This document shows, piece after piece, positions 20,137 to 33,888 of a stretch of 64,000 nt of DNA (positions are counted from its first letter, which is position 1; every line of letters begins with the position of its first letter). The translations under genes were made by a program, and so were the position numbers. The notes beneath the pieces were generated by a model, which was not told the DNA's origin, made no database searches, and saw only the letters and a program-made list of their open reading frames with translations. Source of the DNA: Phaeosaccion multiseriatum (taxonomy: Eukaryota > Protista > Ochrophyta, other classes); the NCBI GenBank assembly GCA_965112735.1, contig OZ218956.1, positions 2,046,001-2,110,000 of the forward strand, written 5' to 3'.

Positions 20137-23100
20137 TTGTTGTCTAAGCGAGGAAGAGGAGGAGGAAGGCCTCGCGTCCTTCCCACCTGCTCCCTCTTCC
20201 CACCCCTCGCCGCCGTCCCTACCCTGCTCCGCCGAACTTTCTGCCTCCCCATAGTCACCAACTCCTCCGTGTCTCCCTCCCCCTCCTCCTCTTCCCTCTC
20301 TCTCCTCTTCCGTCCCTCCGTCACGCCCTTGGTGATGCTGGCGCTGCCGCTGGCGTTGCTCGCCCCCCTCCTCGCCGCCGCCCCCAAGTGCACGCCCGAG
20401 GCCCCCAAGCCCCTCCTCCTCTTGACACGGGCCGAAAACGTGCTCACGGTCTCGCCTCTCCCTCTCCTGCATGAGCAAGTGCTCCTGCTGCATTGCAACT
20501 TGCCGAAGCTGCTCCTCTTGCAACTGCTGCTGCAGAATCAAGTGCTGCTGCAACTGTTCATCCTGCTGCTGCTGTATCACCAACTGCTGCTGCTGCTGCT
20601 GCTGCTGCAAGACAAGATCATGATGCTCGCTCGGCACCACCAAATTCGCCACTCCGCTCAAATCCAATCCCTCCACGAAGTGCAACAAAAGAGGGGGTGG
20701 CCACTGAATCGATGCCTTCCTTTGCTCCTCCTCCTCCGCCTCGGCCATCGAATTCGCGTCAAGCCCCTCCGCCTTGGCCGTCGCAGCCATCACCTCATCC
20801 GACAGACTCTTGCCCCCGGCTGGCGGCGTCTGATACGCGTACGGCTGCCCCTTGGCCTCTGCACAGCCCGGGCAAAGAAAGTTCTCGCCCTCGAAGGCCG
20901 AGCCTTTATCGCCGAGATTGACGCAGCGGCCGTGGAACCACTCGCCGCACTCGTCACAACCAACCATGAAGGTGCCGTCGTTGGGCCGTCTGTGGCACAT
21001 TCACACATGGTGAGGAAGAAGGGAGGGACGAGGGACAGTGTGTGTGAGTGTGCGTATGTAAGTAGTATGTAAGTAGTGGTGGGGCGCATGCCAAAAGCGA
21101 GTACCGGCGCACACACCAGAAGACAAAGCGGCGAGGCAAGCACCCGTCAGCCCGCCCTCCCTCCCTTTCCCTCTCCCTCCCCCTCCCCCTCTCCCTTCCT
21201 TTTTCTCTCCCCCCCTCCCGCCCTCACTCCTTCCCCCTCCCTCCCTCCCTCCCTCCCTCCCTCCCTCCCTCCCTCCCCCCCCCCCTCCCTCCATCACCTG
21301 CACACGCAGTATCGGGTCCCCTTGTCCTCGATGGCAGCAGCCACCTTGTTCTCATCCTTCAACACAATAGGAATGCTCTTGGCCCTCTCCTGGAGGCGCT
21401 TCAAAGCCGCCACATCAGCGGGCTTCTCGTCCTCCGTCCCCTCTCCCCCTCCCCCTCCTCCTGCTCCTCCTCCTCCTCCTCCTCCTCCCGCCCCGGACAC
21501 TGCTGCTGCTGCCACAGGCTCCTCCAGCTCCATCTTAGCTTTCAGTGCCTCGTAGGCAGCCACAAGAGCCTCTGCCTCTGCTGCTGAGGTGATGACATGT
21601 GCCTCAAGTCGGAGGGCATTGGCCTCTGCCACCTCCGCCACACGCACCGCAGCGGCCTGGGAGGCGGTGTCGGGGGCGGACAATGCCGTTGCTGCTGTAT
21701 CACCACCTCCTGTAGATGCTGATGCTGATGCTGATGCTGATGCTGATTGTGCTGTAGACCCTCCTCCATCCTTTCCCCCTCGTTTCCCCCCTCCTTCCGC
21801 GTCAGCTCCGCCTCCTCCTCCTCCTCCTCCTCCTGCTGCTGCTGCTGCTGCCGCTGCTGCCGCTGGCGCCTCCTTGCTGTTGGTGGCAGCACCACTCCCC
21901 GACGTGGCAGCAGCAGCAGCAGGGGTGGTGGTGGAGGTGGCATCGCCGCTTTTGCCCTCCTTCGCCCCACGTCCACCTCCTTCCTCAACCCCCTTGCCAT
22001 TGCCATTCTCCTTTCCGCCCTCCCCAGTCAGGCTCTTGGACGAGCCACCCCCACTCCCCGTGGCACCAGACGAGGCAGAAGCAGCAGCGCCGTCGTTCTC
22101 CGTGTTCTGGCTCTGATGGTTCTGGTGATTGTGGTGATGTTCATCGTCCTCCCCCAGACCCAACCCGGCCGCCGCAGCGGCTTCCGTAGCCGTGGCTCGG
22201 GCCCGCACCGCATTCTGCTGCGCCTTCTCCACAATCGCAAGTGCCACCTTCGCCCGTCCCTCCGCCTTGATGAGCGGGTTGAGCTTGTTCTTGGGCTTGG
22301 GCTTGGGCGGAACTCGCAGAACCTTTTCCACTGCCTTATGCCAGTCAACCGCTCGTTGGGCCATGCTCCTCAAGGGCTGCACGACGGCAGGGTCCACCCC
22401 TCCCTCCTCGGGCCCCTCGGTACCGCAGTTCTGCACCAGCTTTTGTAGGAGAGAGAGCTGCGGACGCTTGCGGAGCTGCCACAGCGCCATGGTACTCCAG
22501 GCGAGAGTGCGCAGGCAAATGAGGATGGTCTTGCCTTCGTTGTACTGCCCTACACCGCCCTTGCCGTCGGGCCATGTCAGCCTATTGAGGGGGGGGGGGG
22601 GGGGTGATGGATGCAGGCCGTGACCGCCGCAAAGGCAGGGGCGGTAGGACGGTAGGTAGGGTAGAGTGAGTTGCGGTTCTAGTTGCTCGTAGGAGTGAAT
22701 CCGTGAGGGAGGGACAGAGGACGAAAGAGAGCAACATCCTGTCCATGTGCCCGTATGCCTCCACCTATATCCAAAGTATCGACTACCCACCCGTTGAGTG
22801 CCATTCATGTGTTCTCCTGCACCTCCTTGACTTACCCATACGCCTCCATCTATATCCAAGTATCTACTACCCACCCGTTGAGTGCCATTCATGTTCTCCT
22901 GCACCTCCTTGACTTACCCATACGCCTCCACCTATATCCAAGTATCGACTACCCACCCGTTGAGTGCCATTCATGTTCTCCTGCACCTCCTTGACTTACC
23001 CATACGCCTCCACCTATATCCAAGTATCGACTACCCGCCCGTTGAGAGCCATTCATGTTCTCCTGCACCTCCTTGACGTACCCATACGCCTCCATCTATC

Positions 23101-26100
23101 TATCTGTCTACCCGCATGCCTCCATCCATCTCCCCATATGCCTCCATCCAAAGTCTTTGCACTCACCCGTTGAGCGCGGTGATGTTCTCCTGCACCTCCT
23201 TGAGCATGTGCGCATTCTCCCTGATCCTCTCCAGCGGCAGGCGGATGGCGTCCTTCACCACATCCACCACGGCCTTGAAGTTGTTGGACGACAGGCACGC
23301 GTCCGCAGACTCGCTATCCACCTGGTCGTGGGGGTCACAATTGGGCATGGCAATGTGTACATGGGCATAAGGCAGACATACGGGCAAAGGCAGCCACATG
23401 GACAGGCAGGCAGGCAGGCAGGCAGGCCGGCAAGCAGGCAGGGAGGGAGAGAGAGGGAGGGGTGGGTATGTGTGGGTGGGATTCCGGTAAAAAGTGGGGG
23501 GCGAGCCCACACTCACTGCCTCCCTCCCCCCCTCCATCCACCCATCCATCACCCACGTACCCACTCCACTCCGCTCCACTCCCACCCACTCCTCTCCTCC
23601 TTATCCCTCACCTTCCCTCGCCTCCCCTCTCCTCCACTCACCGGCTCCTCATCTTCTGAGATAGGATCGAACCCCTCTGGCATGGTTACGGTAGTCCTGG
23701 CGATCCACCATCGCATGGCGTTCACCATCAACAGCTGAGACTCCTCAAACAGCGTTCTGCTGCGGCAACGAAGACAAATGTAGGGGGCGTCTGGATCCAC
23801 CGATGCCTTCGCCAATGCCACAAGGTCAGAGGATGATGCCCCCGACCCAAAGGAGTCCCCCTTGCTCGATAGCACAACGGCTCCTCCTCCTCCTGCCCCC
23901 ATATCCTCTCCTTCCCCTCCCGCGACTGAGTCGGGATCTTCATCCGCAGACCCCCCGTCCTTGGAGATGGATGCAGCAGCGGCAGCAGCAGCAGCTTCCT
24001 TGGTCTTGGCTCCCTTACCCCTCCCTCCACCCCTGCCCGAACCTTTGCCTGTGCCCGGGGAAGCGTCTCCTCCCCCCTTGCCCCCGCCGCTGCCCTTTCC
24101 TCCGCTGCTCTCCTTACCGCCACCTTCCTCCTTCTTGGTCCGGCGCTGTGTGTGCGTATGTGTGTGTGCGTACGTGTGTTTATGTGCGAGCGAGCGAGTG
24201 TGTATGTAGGAGTGAGAGAGTGCGTGCGTGTATGGGCAGTGGTGTTGGCACATGCCCCCAAAATGATCCAAACGATGGGGGTAAAACGACAAGCCGCAAA
24301 GGGCCAATGAGGAAGAGCAAGGCGGTCAGATGAGTCAAGGGCAGGTCAATCGCTGCCTTGCCACCTTACCGCCCTCCCTTACAACACCTTCCTTACCTTG
24401 CCCTGCCCGCTGCTCTTGCCCAGCCCCACACAGTTGGCGTGGAACGTATCACCACACGTCGAACAGTCCAGCATCAAGCCTTCCGTGGGCCGCTGACAGA
24501 TGCAAAAGGAGGACGTTGCCTGCCTCAGCACGGACACGTGCTCCGAGAGATCAACGCGAATGGACTGAGCAGCGAGGAGGAGGGTACGAAGCTCTCCCAC
24601 CCTTGCTACCCCCTTCTCAATGCCGGATTTCTTGAGGGCAGCGGTCCACTTGACGGAGTCTTTCAAGTGTTTCTTCATCTGAAGAGGGAGGGAGGGAGGG
24701 AGGGAGGGAGGGAGGGAGGAAGGGTTGGGAAGTGGAGGGGGAGGAAGGGGGAGAGTTGGGGGCAGTGGGGGGGCGTGCCAAAGCCAAAGGGGTAAGAGTC
24801 GAGGCTAAGCTTGGCTGGCAGGGAGAGAGAGGGAAAAGGCAGCAAAAGGCAGAAGGCCGCACAAGGCAACTGCATCCGCCTCGTCCACAGAGGTCGAAAC
24901 AAGTGACCCCCTCCTGTCCTCCTCCTCCTCCTCCTGCCCCTCCTTCCCCCCCTTCTCTCCTCCTCCTCCTGCCCCTCCCTCCCCCCCTTCTCTCCTCCTC
25001 CTCCCCCCTCCTCCTCCTCCGCCCCCCCGCCTCCCCCGTCTGCAGTCAGTCACTCGCCTCCTTGAGTCTGTCGCCTGCCATCTTTATCTTCTCCCCCTCC
25101 GTGATGAGCTTCTTAAGCGCCACCGCCCCAAGCTTGTTTTTGGCCGTGCCGTGCAGAGCGAGGTCCGCCTTGCTCAGCCACGTCTTGCACCTGACAAGGA
25201 GGCAAGAGACGTAACAGGCAGGTATATGGGCAAAGAGAACAGAGGCATTGGGCACGAGTACAAGAGGCGTATGGTATGGGCAGAGAATCACAAGTGTCGC
25301 ATCGCAGATCCGAGCATCGCAGAGCAAGAGCAAGCGCAAGCAAGCACAAAAACACACACACACACACACACACCAGCAATTCCCTTCACCCACCTCTGAA
25401 TCTCGGCCTTGAGCCTCTTCTTGAGATCGTCCTGCTCAATGCCGAGCTCCGTGGCCTCCCTGAGGGCCGCTTGGAGGTGGGTGAGAGTGGTGTTCTTGCC
25501 ATCCTCAAGCAGCGCCTTGGCCCCTCCCGCCCACTTCTCGGCCCTCGTTAACCTGAGAGGGGGGGGGTGGGGTTAACGGGTGGTGTTAACGTTAACGGGC
25601 TTTGTTTCATGGGTGCTTCATTGGGAGGGATGTGGGCCGGGAGCGAAGGAGGGGAGGAAGGGAGGGATATACGTCGTGTATGCGTGCGTGTTTGTATGTA
25701 TGTATGTGTGTGTGTATGTGTGTGTGTGTGCGGAGTGTTTACCGCACCTTTTCCGTATGCCCTCCATCCGTGTGCGCAGCAGCGTGGTGACGGCAAGCAA
25801 GTGACCACCAAGCAGACGGGGCCTCAAGTCCACCGCAGCCAGCAGCGAGCCCTTGCCAGCAGCAAGAGCCATGCCCGCCGCAGAGGGAGAGATGGTCCGC
25901 TTGCCCTTGCCGAGGCTCAAGCTCAAGCTCACGCTGGCAACGGTGGCGTCCTCCTCGCTACCATCATCATCGTCGTCGTCTTGGTCCTTGTCCTTGGCCC
26001 CTCCTCCTTCTCCTCCTTCTGCGGTGTGTGTGTCCGCCTCCCCCGCCACATCCATTTCATCTGCGCCACCCCCGCCTCCGCCCCCACTTCTCCTCCTGCC

Positions 26101-26938
26101 GAAGTGCCCCCCCCCGGGCGAGGTAGGGTCCAGGCCGAGGAAGGTGGAAGGGTGAGCGATCACATCCACCGCCCCTCCTAAGGCCCCTGCTCCGTTAACC
26201 TCCTCGATGAGAGCCTTGAGGTCACACACCTCATCGCAGCCGCGTACCATGTCTCTGGCGTCCGTCAGCTGCCATCGTAGAGTGTGTGTGAGAGAGAGAG
26301 GGAGAGAGACGAGAGAGCACAGAATTGGGTTGGGCGTCTGTCCGTCTCCATCTCCTCAAGGGACCAAAATAAAGCCCAATACAGACATGCACACACACAC
26401 ACACACACACACATCACCCCCCCCCCCCCCCCCCCACCCATCCCCACCCCACGCCCACCCACCCACCATCCCACGCACCCACGCGCACCCACCTGCAGCG
26501 GCAGAGCCTCTCCTTCGACAAGGGCCTCCCTCGCAGTGCGAATCCACTGATGCAGAGTGTGGAGCCTGTCCGCCAACAGCTCCTCCGCTGAATACACACT
26601 CATCTCCCGCGCCTCCTCCAGCAGAGCTTCCACCACCTTCACGCGGGCCGCCTCGCGATCTTCCAGGCTGGCGTGTTCTTGCGCGATCAAGTCTTCCTCT
26701 TCATTTTCCTCATCTTCATCCTCATCCTTGTCTTTGTCTTCCTGTTTGCCTTCTGCTTGTTGCTGTCCTTCTTGCTGCTCTTGCTTCTCCTCCTGTGGTT
26801 CTGCGTCGTCTTCCATCTTCTCCTCGCACTCCTCAAGTAGCCCCTCCTTGTCCTCTTTGCTCTCTTGCTTCTTCCCCAGCTGCTGCTCCTGCTCTTCCCC
26901 GGTCTTCGCCACGACCCCTTCCATCTCCTCCTCCTTCA

Positions 26939-26971
<33 letters not shown>

Positions 26972-27716
26972 CCTCGGGCCTGCCGTCCCCCTCCTCCACA
27001 TCCATCCCGACGAGTCCATCGGCACCACTCGCCTTCGCTTTCCCTCCCTCCCCTGATTGAACAACGTTCTCTGTACCATTCGCTTCACCACTTCCCGCTC
27101 CCTCACCCCCCCCCCCTCTCTCCTTCTCCCTCTCCTCCTCATCATCATCCTCCCCCTCCTCCTCCTTCGTACTGGCGGCACCTTCCTTCGCTTCCTTGGC
27201 CAACGCCACTGCTGCCGCCGCCGCCTTATTCCTCTTCTTGTGGAGGAGGCTCTCTCTCTTCTTTTCCTTCTCCTTCTCCTTCTCCGCCTCCTCTGCCGCC
27301 GCCTCCTCGTCCCAAAGCTCAATCCTCCTCTTGAAATCCACCGCCAGCTCCTCAGCCAGCCCGTTCAGACTTTTGCTCGCCTTAATGCGCCACAACCGCG
27401 CAGACTCCACATGCGTCTCCACCCGGTCCAGCTCCTCACTGAGGTCCACTGGCAGCTCCTTCCCCTCGGCAATGTGCTCATACAAAGCTTTAAAAGTGGG
27501 CTTGCTGCTTGCCTTAACCCTGCGTGCGCTGTGCCGCCGAGGGCACATGGCCTGCGCGTCATTGACCCACTCGGTAGCGAGTGTCAGGACCTGCCTAAGC
27601 TCTCGCACCTCACGCAGCCCTTTTCCCACCGACATCTTCTCCGCCGCTGTGATGCACGCCTGCAGCTCGTGTAGATCGATCTTCTCCTCTTCGTCACTGT
27701 CACCCTCATCCTCATT

Positions 27717-27761
<45 letters not shown>

Positions 27762-30700
27762 TTCGTCGCTGTCATCGTCATCACCCCCTTCCTCGTCTTC
27801 GTTGTCTTCTCCTTCCTCGTTGTTTCCCTTGCCGTCGGTTTCCTTCTCCTCGCCCTCCTCGCTCTCTGCCTTCTTCCCTTCCCCATCCTCCTCCACATCC
27901 ATGGCAGCATCGTCTTCGTCTCCTCCCTCACTGCTGGCCTTGCCATTCTCCAGCTCCTTGCTTTTCTTTTTGCTCTTCTTCTTCTCCTTCTTCTTCTTCT
28001 TCTTCTTCCTCCGCCTCCCCTTCGCCTTCAGCCCAACGCCCTCCCCGCCCTCCCCCTCAGCATCCCCGTCTTCCTTCTTTCCTTGCCCCTCGTCTCCCTC
28101 CTTCTCCCCACCTTCTCCCTTCTCTCCACCTTCCCCTCCTCCCCCCCCCACCTCCTCCTCTCCCTTCTTCTTCCCCTCCTTCTTGGGGGCCAACCCAAAC
28201 ACATCCAGCGTATCCCAGCACTCCTCCATCCACGCATCCACCGTCGCAACCGTCTGCTTGAGCTGCTCATGCTCGGGGTTGAGGTCCATCTTAATGCCAA
28301 GCGCCTCTTGCGTGATATTCACCAGCCTCGTCCGCGTCAACAACCGCCCCGTCTTGATGTCCGACAAGCACCGCCGAGCCTTGGTGTGCCATGCCTCACC
28401 AGCAGAGAGAAGCACCTTCAGAGGCTCATGCTCTAGGATGGAGTATACCTTCTCCTCTCGGGCGGAGGGAGGGAAGGCGGCCATGAGGTCCTGGGCTTGA
28501 GCGGACAGCCTTTGCAGGGTGTTGAGCTTGGCTTTGCCGCCGTTGAGCTCCGCATCCACACGGATCTTCCACTGTCGCGCCTTGATGCCTGCTTTCAGGA
28601 CCTGCGCGATATGCGAAATAAAGAGAGGGTGAGAGGGTGGGAGAGGGAGGGAGGGAGGGAGGGAGGGAGGGAGGGAGGGAGGGATGGAGAAGGACACAAA
28701 AGAGAGAAAAAGAGAGAGTCAGAAAGTAGGGATGCGCTCGACTTGCTGTGCGTCGTCCAAGATACCCAGCCATGCCCAATCATGCCCAAGCATACCCACC
28801 ACCCACTCACACCCACACTTTACATGAACCAGGTATGAGTTGACATACATGCTTGACATACATACCTGCTGCTCGTCCATCTCCACGGGAATATCGTCCG
28901 CCTCCCCGAGCAAGTCCCCGAGCGCATCGAGGGTGGCGTCCTCGCCGTTCTCGAGAACGTTCTTGACTCTTGTGAGCCACCCTTCCGCCACCTCCACCAT
29001 CTCATTCACATGGCCGAGTTCGCGAACTTCCTCAATCTCTACACCAGTCATCATGCCGCCTCGAAGCAGGTTGTGGACTTCACTCAGACACATTTTTGCT
29101 TTGCCGTCCTCCCCCTCGTCGCCATCGTCCTCCATGCCTACCGCCCCTCCTCCCTCCCCGCTGCCGCCCGCCGCCGCCCTTGCTTCAATGGCCCGCCTGG
29201 TCTTGACGGGGGGAGCCTCCTTGGCCTTGGGAACAACGTGCCGCACTTTGTCCAGCCAAGCCGTCGCCTTATCCTGTTTGTCCTTGAGGGCGAGCATGGT
29301 GTCTTCTACACACACGGCAAGATGCCCACCCTCGTTGAGGAGGGTTTGCAGACTGCGCATGGCCACTCTGCCCTTCAAGGCGTTGAGGGCCCTCTTCTCC
29401 CACGCCTTGGCCTCGCCCAATAGAGTCTCCAACCGCTCTCCCTGGGGGAAGACAAAGCCCAGTCTCTTGACGAACTGAGAGAGTGACTTCACCTCCTTCA
29501 TCAACGGACGTGACCACCCTCCTCCTCCTCCTCCTCCTCCTCCACCACCCCCCCCTCGATCAGAGCTGGCCCCGCTACCGCTCTCGCACCCGCCTAAAAG
29601 CCCCTGCAGCGCTGGTAACTCATCCGGACTCGACAGCCCCCCCATGATGCCACTAACAATTGCATCTGCGGCAGCCTGGGTCAGGAAGCACTCTCCATCC
29701 CCCCCTCCTCCTGCACCTCCAGCTGTTGCCCTTGCCTTGCCGCCGCTCGCCACCCCTCCCCCACCCCCCATGCCCGACCCCTTCAAGGGAAACATGGAGA
29801 GAATGCGATTGGAGAGGGCCTCCGCCACTCGAAGCCTGTCGAGCACAGGCACCACTTCTCGCGTGTGTCGCACTGAGGCGAGGGTCTCAGACTCGTTCAG
29901 CAGAGCCTCCAGCTCGCTCACAAGCAACGGCGGCGGGATGTCAGCACCTTCCTCGCTGTCTTTGCCGTCGTTGTCGCTGTCATCATCACCCTGTGCTGCT
30001 TCGCTTCGCTTGCCGGTGGTCTTTCTCGTGACAGCACCACCGGCAGCAACCGTAGCAGCAGCAGCAGCAGCCGCCGCAGCCACCGCAGCCTTCGCTCGAA
30101 CTTTCTTCTGATAGAGAACCTCGCGCCGAGCGGAGTCGACCTCCAACTGAGCAACCTTGGCCCTCCACGCCACTGTTTTCTTCTTCAGCGACATGAGCTG
30201 CGCCGTCTCCTTCATCAAGATCGGGATGCCGTCTGCCTCGTTCAGCAGCGCCGTCATCTCCGAAAGAGTCACCGCCTCGGGCAACGGCCTACCACTTCCA
30301 CTCCCACTTCCACTCGCCGCGGCAGCAGCGGCGGCACTCGTAGCGGTAGAAGAACTGGTGGCTCGACTCAATGCGAAGGTATCCAGTGGCCCATGCCCTC
30401 CGTGAGATGAGCAGACGCCTGCCTGGTGGGGGAGGGCCTTAGGCACCAGGAGGTCGCTTGTTTTGGCCACCCACTCCCTCGCGGTCAGGGTCAGCTCTCC
30501 GACGGCGGCCATTACTTTCTGTAACCGTTCAACGAGATCTTCTCCAGGAGCCTGGAGGGAGGGAGGGAGGGAAGGAAGTGTAAAAGAAGTAGGTCAGTGA
30601 CCTATTCTCGACCGATCGTGCCAGTCCCCAACTCTTCTCCCCTGCCTGCTGCCTCCCCTTCAGGTCGCATACAAACACATTCGCGCGCAGACACGCACAC

Positions 30701-33558
30701 ACACACAAACACACACGCGGGCGCACACACACACACACACACGCACGCACGCACGCACTTCTACGTAATTAAATCTCAAAAACGTACCTGTTCCGGTGGA
30801 GGCAGTTGTGCGGCCTTGGCAAAGAGCTGAAGACAGTGCTCTAAAGTAGGCTTCGGACTTCTCCTTGAGTTGGCAGCTGCTGAAGTCATCTCCAGCACAT
30901 CCTGGAAGCTCTGCAACACGCTCCTCCAGGCCTGCCTCTGCTCGGCACGGTCGGCGCCTCTGCGGCTGCCGTACACTCCACTGGCCTTGCCAGAGCCGGC
31001 GCCAGCGCCAAGGCCGGCGGAGGAGGGGGGAGAGGAGGAGGAGGGTCTCACGGTGGATGTCTCCGCCCCTTCTTCTTCGTCTTCCTCTTCCCCTTCTCCG
31101 GCGTCTCCGTTGGCTGCCGTTAGACCGTTGGCCTCGAGGAGGGCTCCCAGGCCGCTGGGGTCGCTCTATAGGAAAAGGAAAGAGGAGGGGACACATATCA
31201 GCACTCCGGAGCAACGGAACAGAATCACCTTCTCCTCACCTTCTCCTCACCTTCTCCTCTCCCCCCCTTCCTCCCTCCCCCACTCAACTCACCCTGGGCA
31301 CGAGCTCGTCCGGATACGGGTAAGACGGCAGCCCCCCCCCTCCACCGCTGCTCTCCAGTGCCCCGAGGGGAATCATTCTCCTCGTGTACACATGCTGCCA
31401 CTGTGCAAACTGCTTTTGCAAGTGCTTTCGCTTGTGCTGCACCACGTCCACAGACCGCAAAGCACTGCCCATACTCATTTGATTCAGCAAGTTGAACTTG
31501 GCCACTTCCACATTCCCCTTGTACGCATGCAGGTACTCCAAACTCGCCTCGTCCCCTTCGTTGGCAACTAACCCTCCACTGCCGTCCTGGGCCCGCCAAC
31601 TAAAGTCCGGTGAGGTGTAGGCGTAGGAAGAAGCACGCGACACTCGTGTGTACCCGCTGCTGCTGCTGCTGCTGCTGCTGCCACCACTCGACCCGCCCCC
31701 ACCACCGCTGCCGCTGCCGCTGCTGCTACTGGACTGCTCAGTGAGGTTGCGGCCGAGCAGCAGGAAGTTGTTGACTTGCTTCTCGTCAAGGCGGACCGTG
31801 TGGGGAGACCACACACAGTTACCCACCGGAGACGCCATGCCTCTCATGTCGGGTACTGATGAGTGAGTGGTGGATGGCAGTGGATGGTGTGGGGTGTGGG
31901 GTGTGGAAGGTGTTGGGGGGTACATGGGTGTGGAAAGATAGAACGAGATGAGGTAATGTGATGATACGTCGAGAAACACACCATTTGGAATTGGAAATTG
32001 GAGGGGGTTCCGGGTGGCGGATGGCAGTGGATGGGGTGGGAGAGGTTCAACGGAACCAAAGATATGCACAGTGTATATACAGCTGGGAGGAAGGGATAAA
32101 AGGTAGAGGGAGAGAGAGAGAGAGGGAGAGAGAGGGAGAGAGAGAGGGAGAGAGAGAGAGAGAGAAAGAGACAAATGACGGCAGTGGATGCCAAACAAAA
32201 AGCTCACACTCAAACTCACCCACGAGTCGGTCGCTTGCCCGTAACGCGTCCTCACCCCGCTTCTCCGCCTTGTCCTTTCGCCTAGTCCGCGCCAGGGCCA
32301 GGCCTCCTCCACCAGCAGTTGATGATGCAGCAGCAGCAGTTGGTGATGCCGCGCCCACGCTTCCCTCTGCCCCGCGCTCCACCACCACCCCATAGATAAG
32401 GTCGGGTACCGCCACCTGAAACATGTTTGGGTCTATCCGGGGTGGCCGATAGGGATACATGGTTGGCTTCTTGGGCACCGCCGACCCCAACCCACCCCCA
32501 GCCCCGCCCCCGCTGCCGCTACTTGCCCCGCTGCCTCCTCCTCCTCCTGCTGCTGCCGCCCCGGTCCGTCTCGCCCCACCTCCCCCACCACTTCCTCCTC
32601 CCCCTACCCCCCCTTCTCCGCTTCCTCCTCCACGCGCAGCGGGAGCAGCGGCACTAATCGCCGCCAACCTCGCGGTACTGGGTCGTCGAGGGTGCGTCAC
32701 TGCCCTCGCTGGCTGCACGAGACGGGGAGAGGCAAGGGGGGGTGGGCCCGTGGTAGAGGGTGTCAGGACCAGAGGTTTCAGACTACTCCCCGAGGCGGCA
32801 GCAGCAGCGCCAGCAGGGGAGGAGGGGGAGCTTCGCTCAACCACTGCCCGTGCCTTTTCAGCCTCCGAGAGTGTGCCCTCACTACCACCATCGCTACTGG
32901 GAGAAGCCAAAGCCGGCGACGAGCCAGCCCCCCCCTCCTCCTCCTCCTCCTCCACCACCACCTCGTCGTCGTTCAGCGTGGCCGGCCTAACCCCCCCTGG
33001 AGGTGCTGCTGCGGTGGTTGCTGCAGCTGCCTCGGAGTCCGTGTCATCTGCCGCCGGTGAAGCCCTCCCTTGCGGCATCTCCTCATCATCTTCCTCCGCC
33101 TCCTCCTGCTCCGCCTCCTCTCCTCCCTCCTCCTCCTTCTCCTCTCCTTGTTCTCGTTCTCCCCCTTCATTCCGCTCCTCCTCCTCATCCTCCCCATTAG
33201 CTGCCGCTCCAACAGCAGCCCCGGAACAAGTGGAGAAACCCTCTTTCACGAGGGCCTCGTAGGGGTTGTTGCTTCCATCTGAGGCGTTGCTTTGCGAGCG
33301 GCTCCCCCCTGCCCCTCCTCCTCCTCCTCCTCCTCCCCCTTCTCCTTCTTCTTCTCCTAAAGTCGATGAAGTGGGGGTGGGGGTGGTGGTGGCGGTCTGT
33401 AAGGGTGACGTCGGTCCCCGAGTCTGCCCTGCGTCCTCCTCTCCTGTGGCTGCTGCTGCTTCTTCTGCTGCTGCTTCTTGTTCTTTTTCATGTTCTTCTT
33501 CTTCAACTCCTTCTGCTTCTTCTTCCGCTGCTTCTTCTTCCGCTGCTTCTTGTTCTTC

Positions 33559-33590
<32 letters not shown>

Positions 33591-33888
33591 CTCCCGCCTC
33601 CTCTGCTGCTCGACCGAACGAGTCCTCGTCGACGTCCATTGCCACGACTTGGGCTGCAGGACCTCCCTCCTCGGTCACCTCCTCCGAAGGACCACCACCA
33701 CCATCATCATCATCACCACCACCACTAGCAGCAGTGGCAGTTGGTGACACAGCAGTAACAGCGGGCGAAGACGAAAAGGATGAAGAAGGCGAGGCAGCAG
33801 CGGCTACCTCTTGAGCGGGTGATGCGTTCGTTGCGGGGACTTCATCGCTAGCCTCCTGCACAATCTTGGCCGAGTCGCCTATATCCAT
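18970..33888 (-). CDS. Large multi-exon chromatin protein: ELM2-like domain, PLU-1-like helical repeats, PHD fingers (resembles the C-terminal half of KDM5/JARID)
   Basis: RIDPNMFQVAVP...VWSP...VNNFL...SLEYLHAYKGNVEVA (ELM2-like); repeated W..KA/W...V helical segments with LL.EA..IP (PLU-1-like); PHD fingers FCICQRPTEGLMLDCSTCGDTFHANC...YICLRC and [27 protein letters not shown]...FLCPGC; many GT-AG introns; start codon uncertain. Confidence 0.8.
22751..23095. repeat. 82-bp tandem repeat (4 copies) inside an intron, copied from the adjacent exon/donor junction
   Basis: Units contain TGTTCTCCTGCACCTCCTTGA and CCCGTTGAG, both also present in the exon end at about 23166-23203. Confidence 0.9.

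Noticed and set aside
22751-23095. Regularly spaced repeats resembling a CRISPR array
   Set aside because: No unique spacers; whole 82-bp units are repeated; eukaryotic intron; no cas genes
19477-33814. Many long plus-strand ORFs rich in Ser, Leu, Pro or Cys
   Set aside because: Antisense to low-complexity GGA/CAG/GAG-coding exons of the PHD gene
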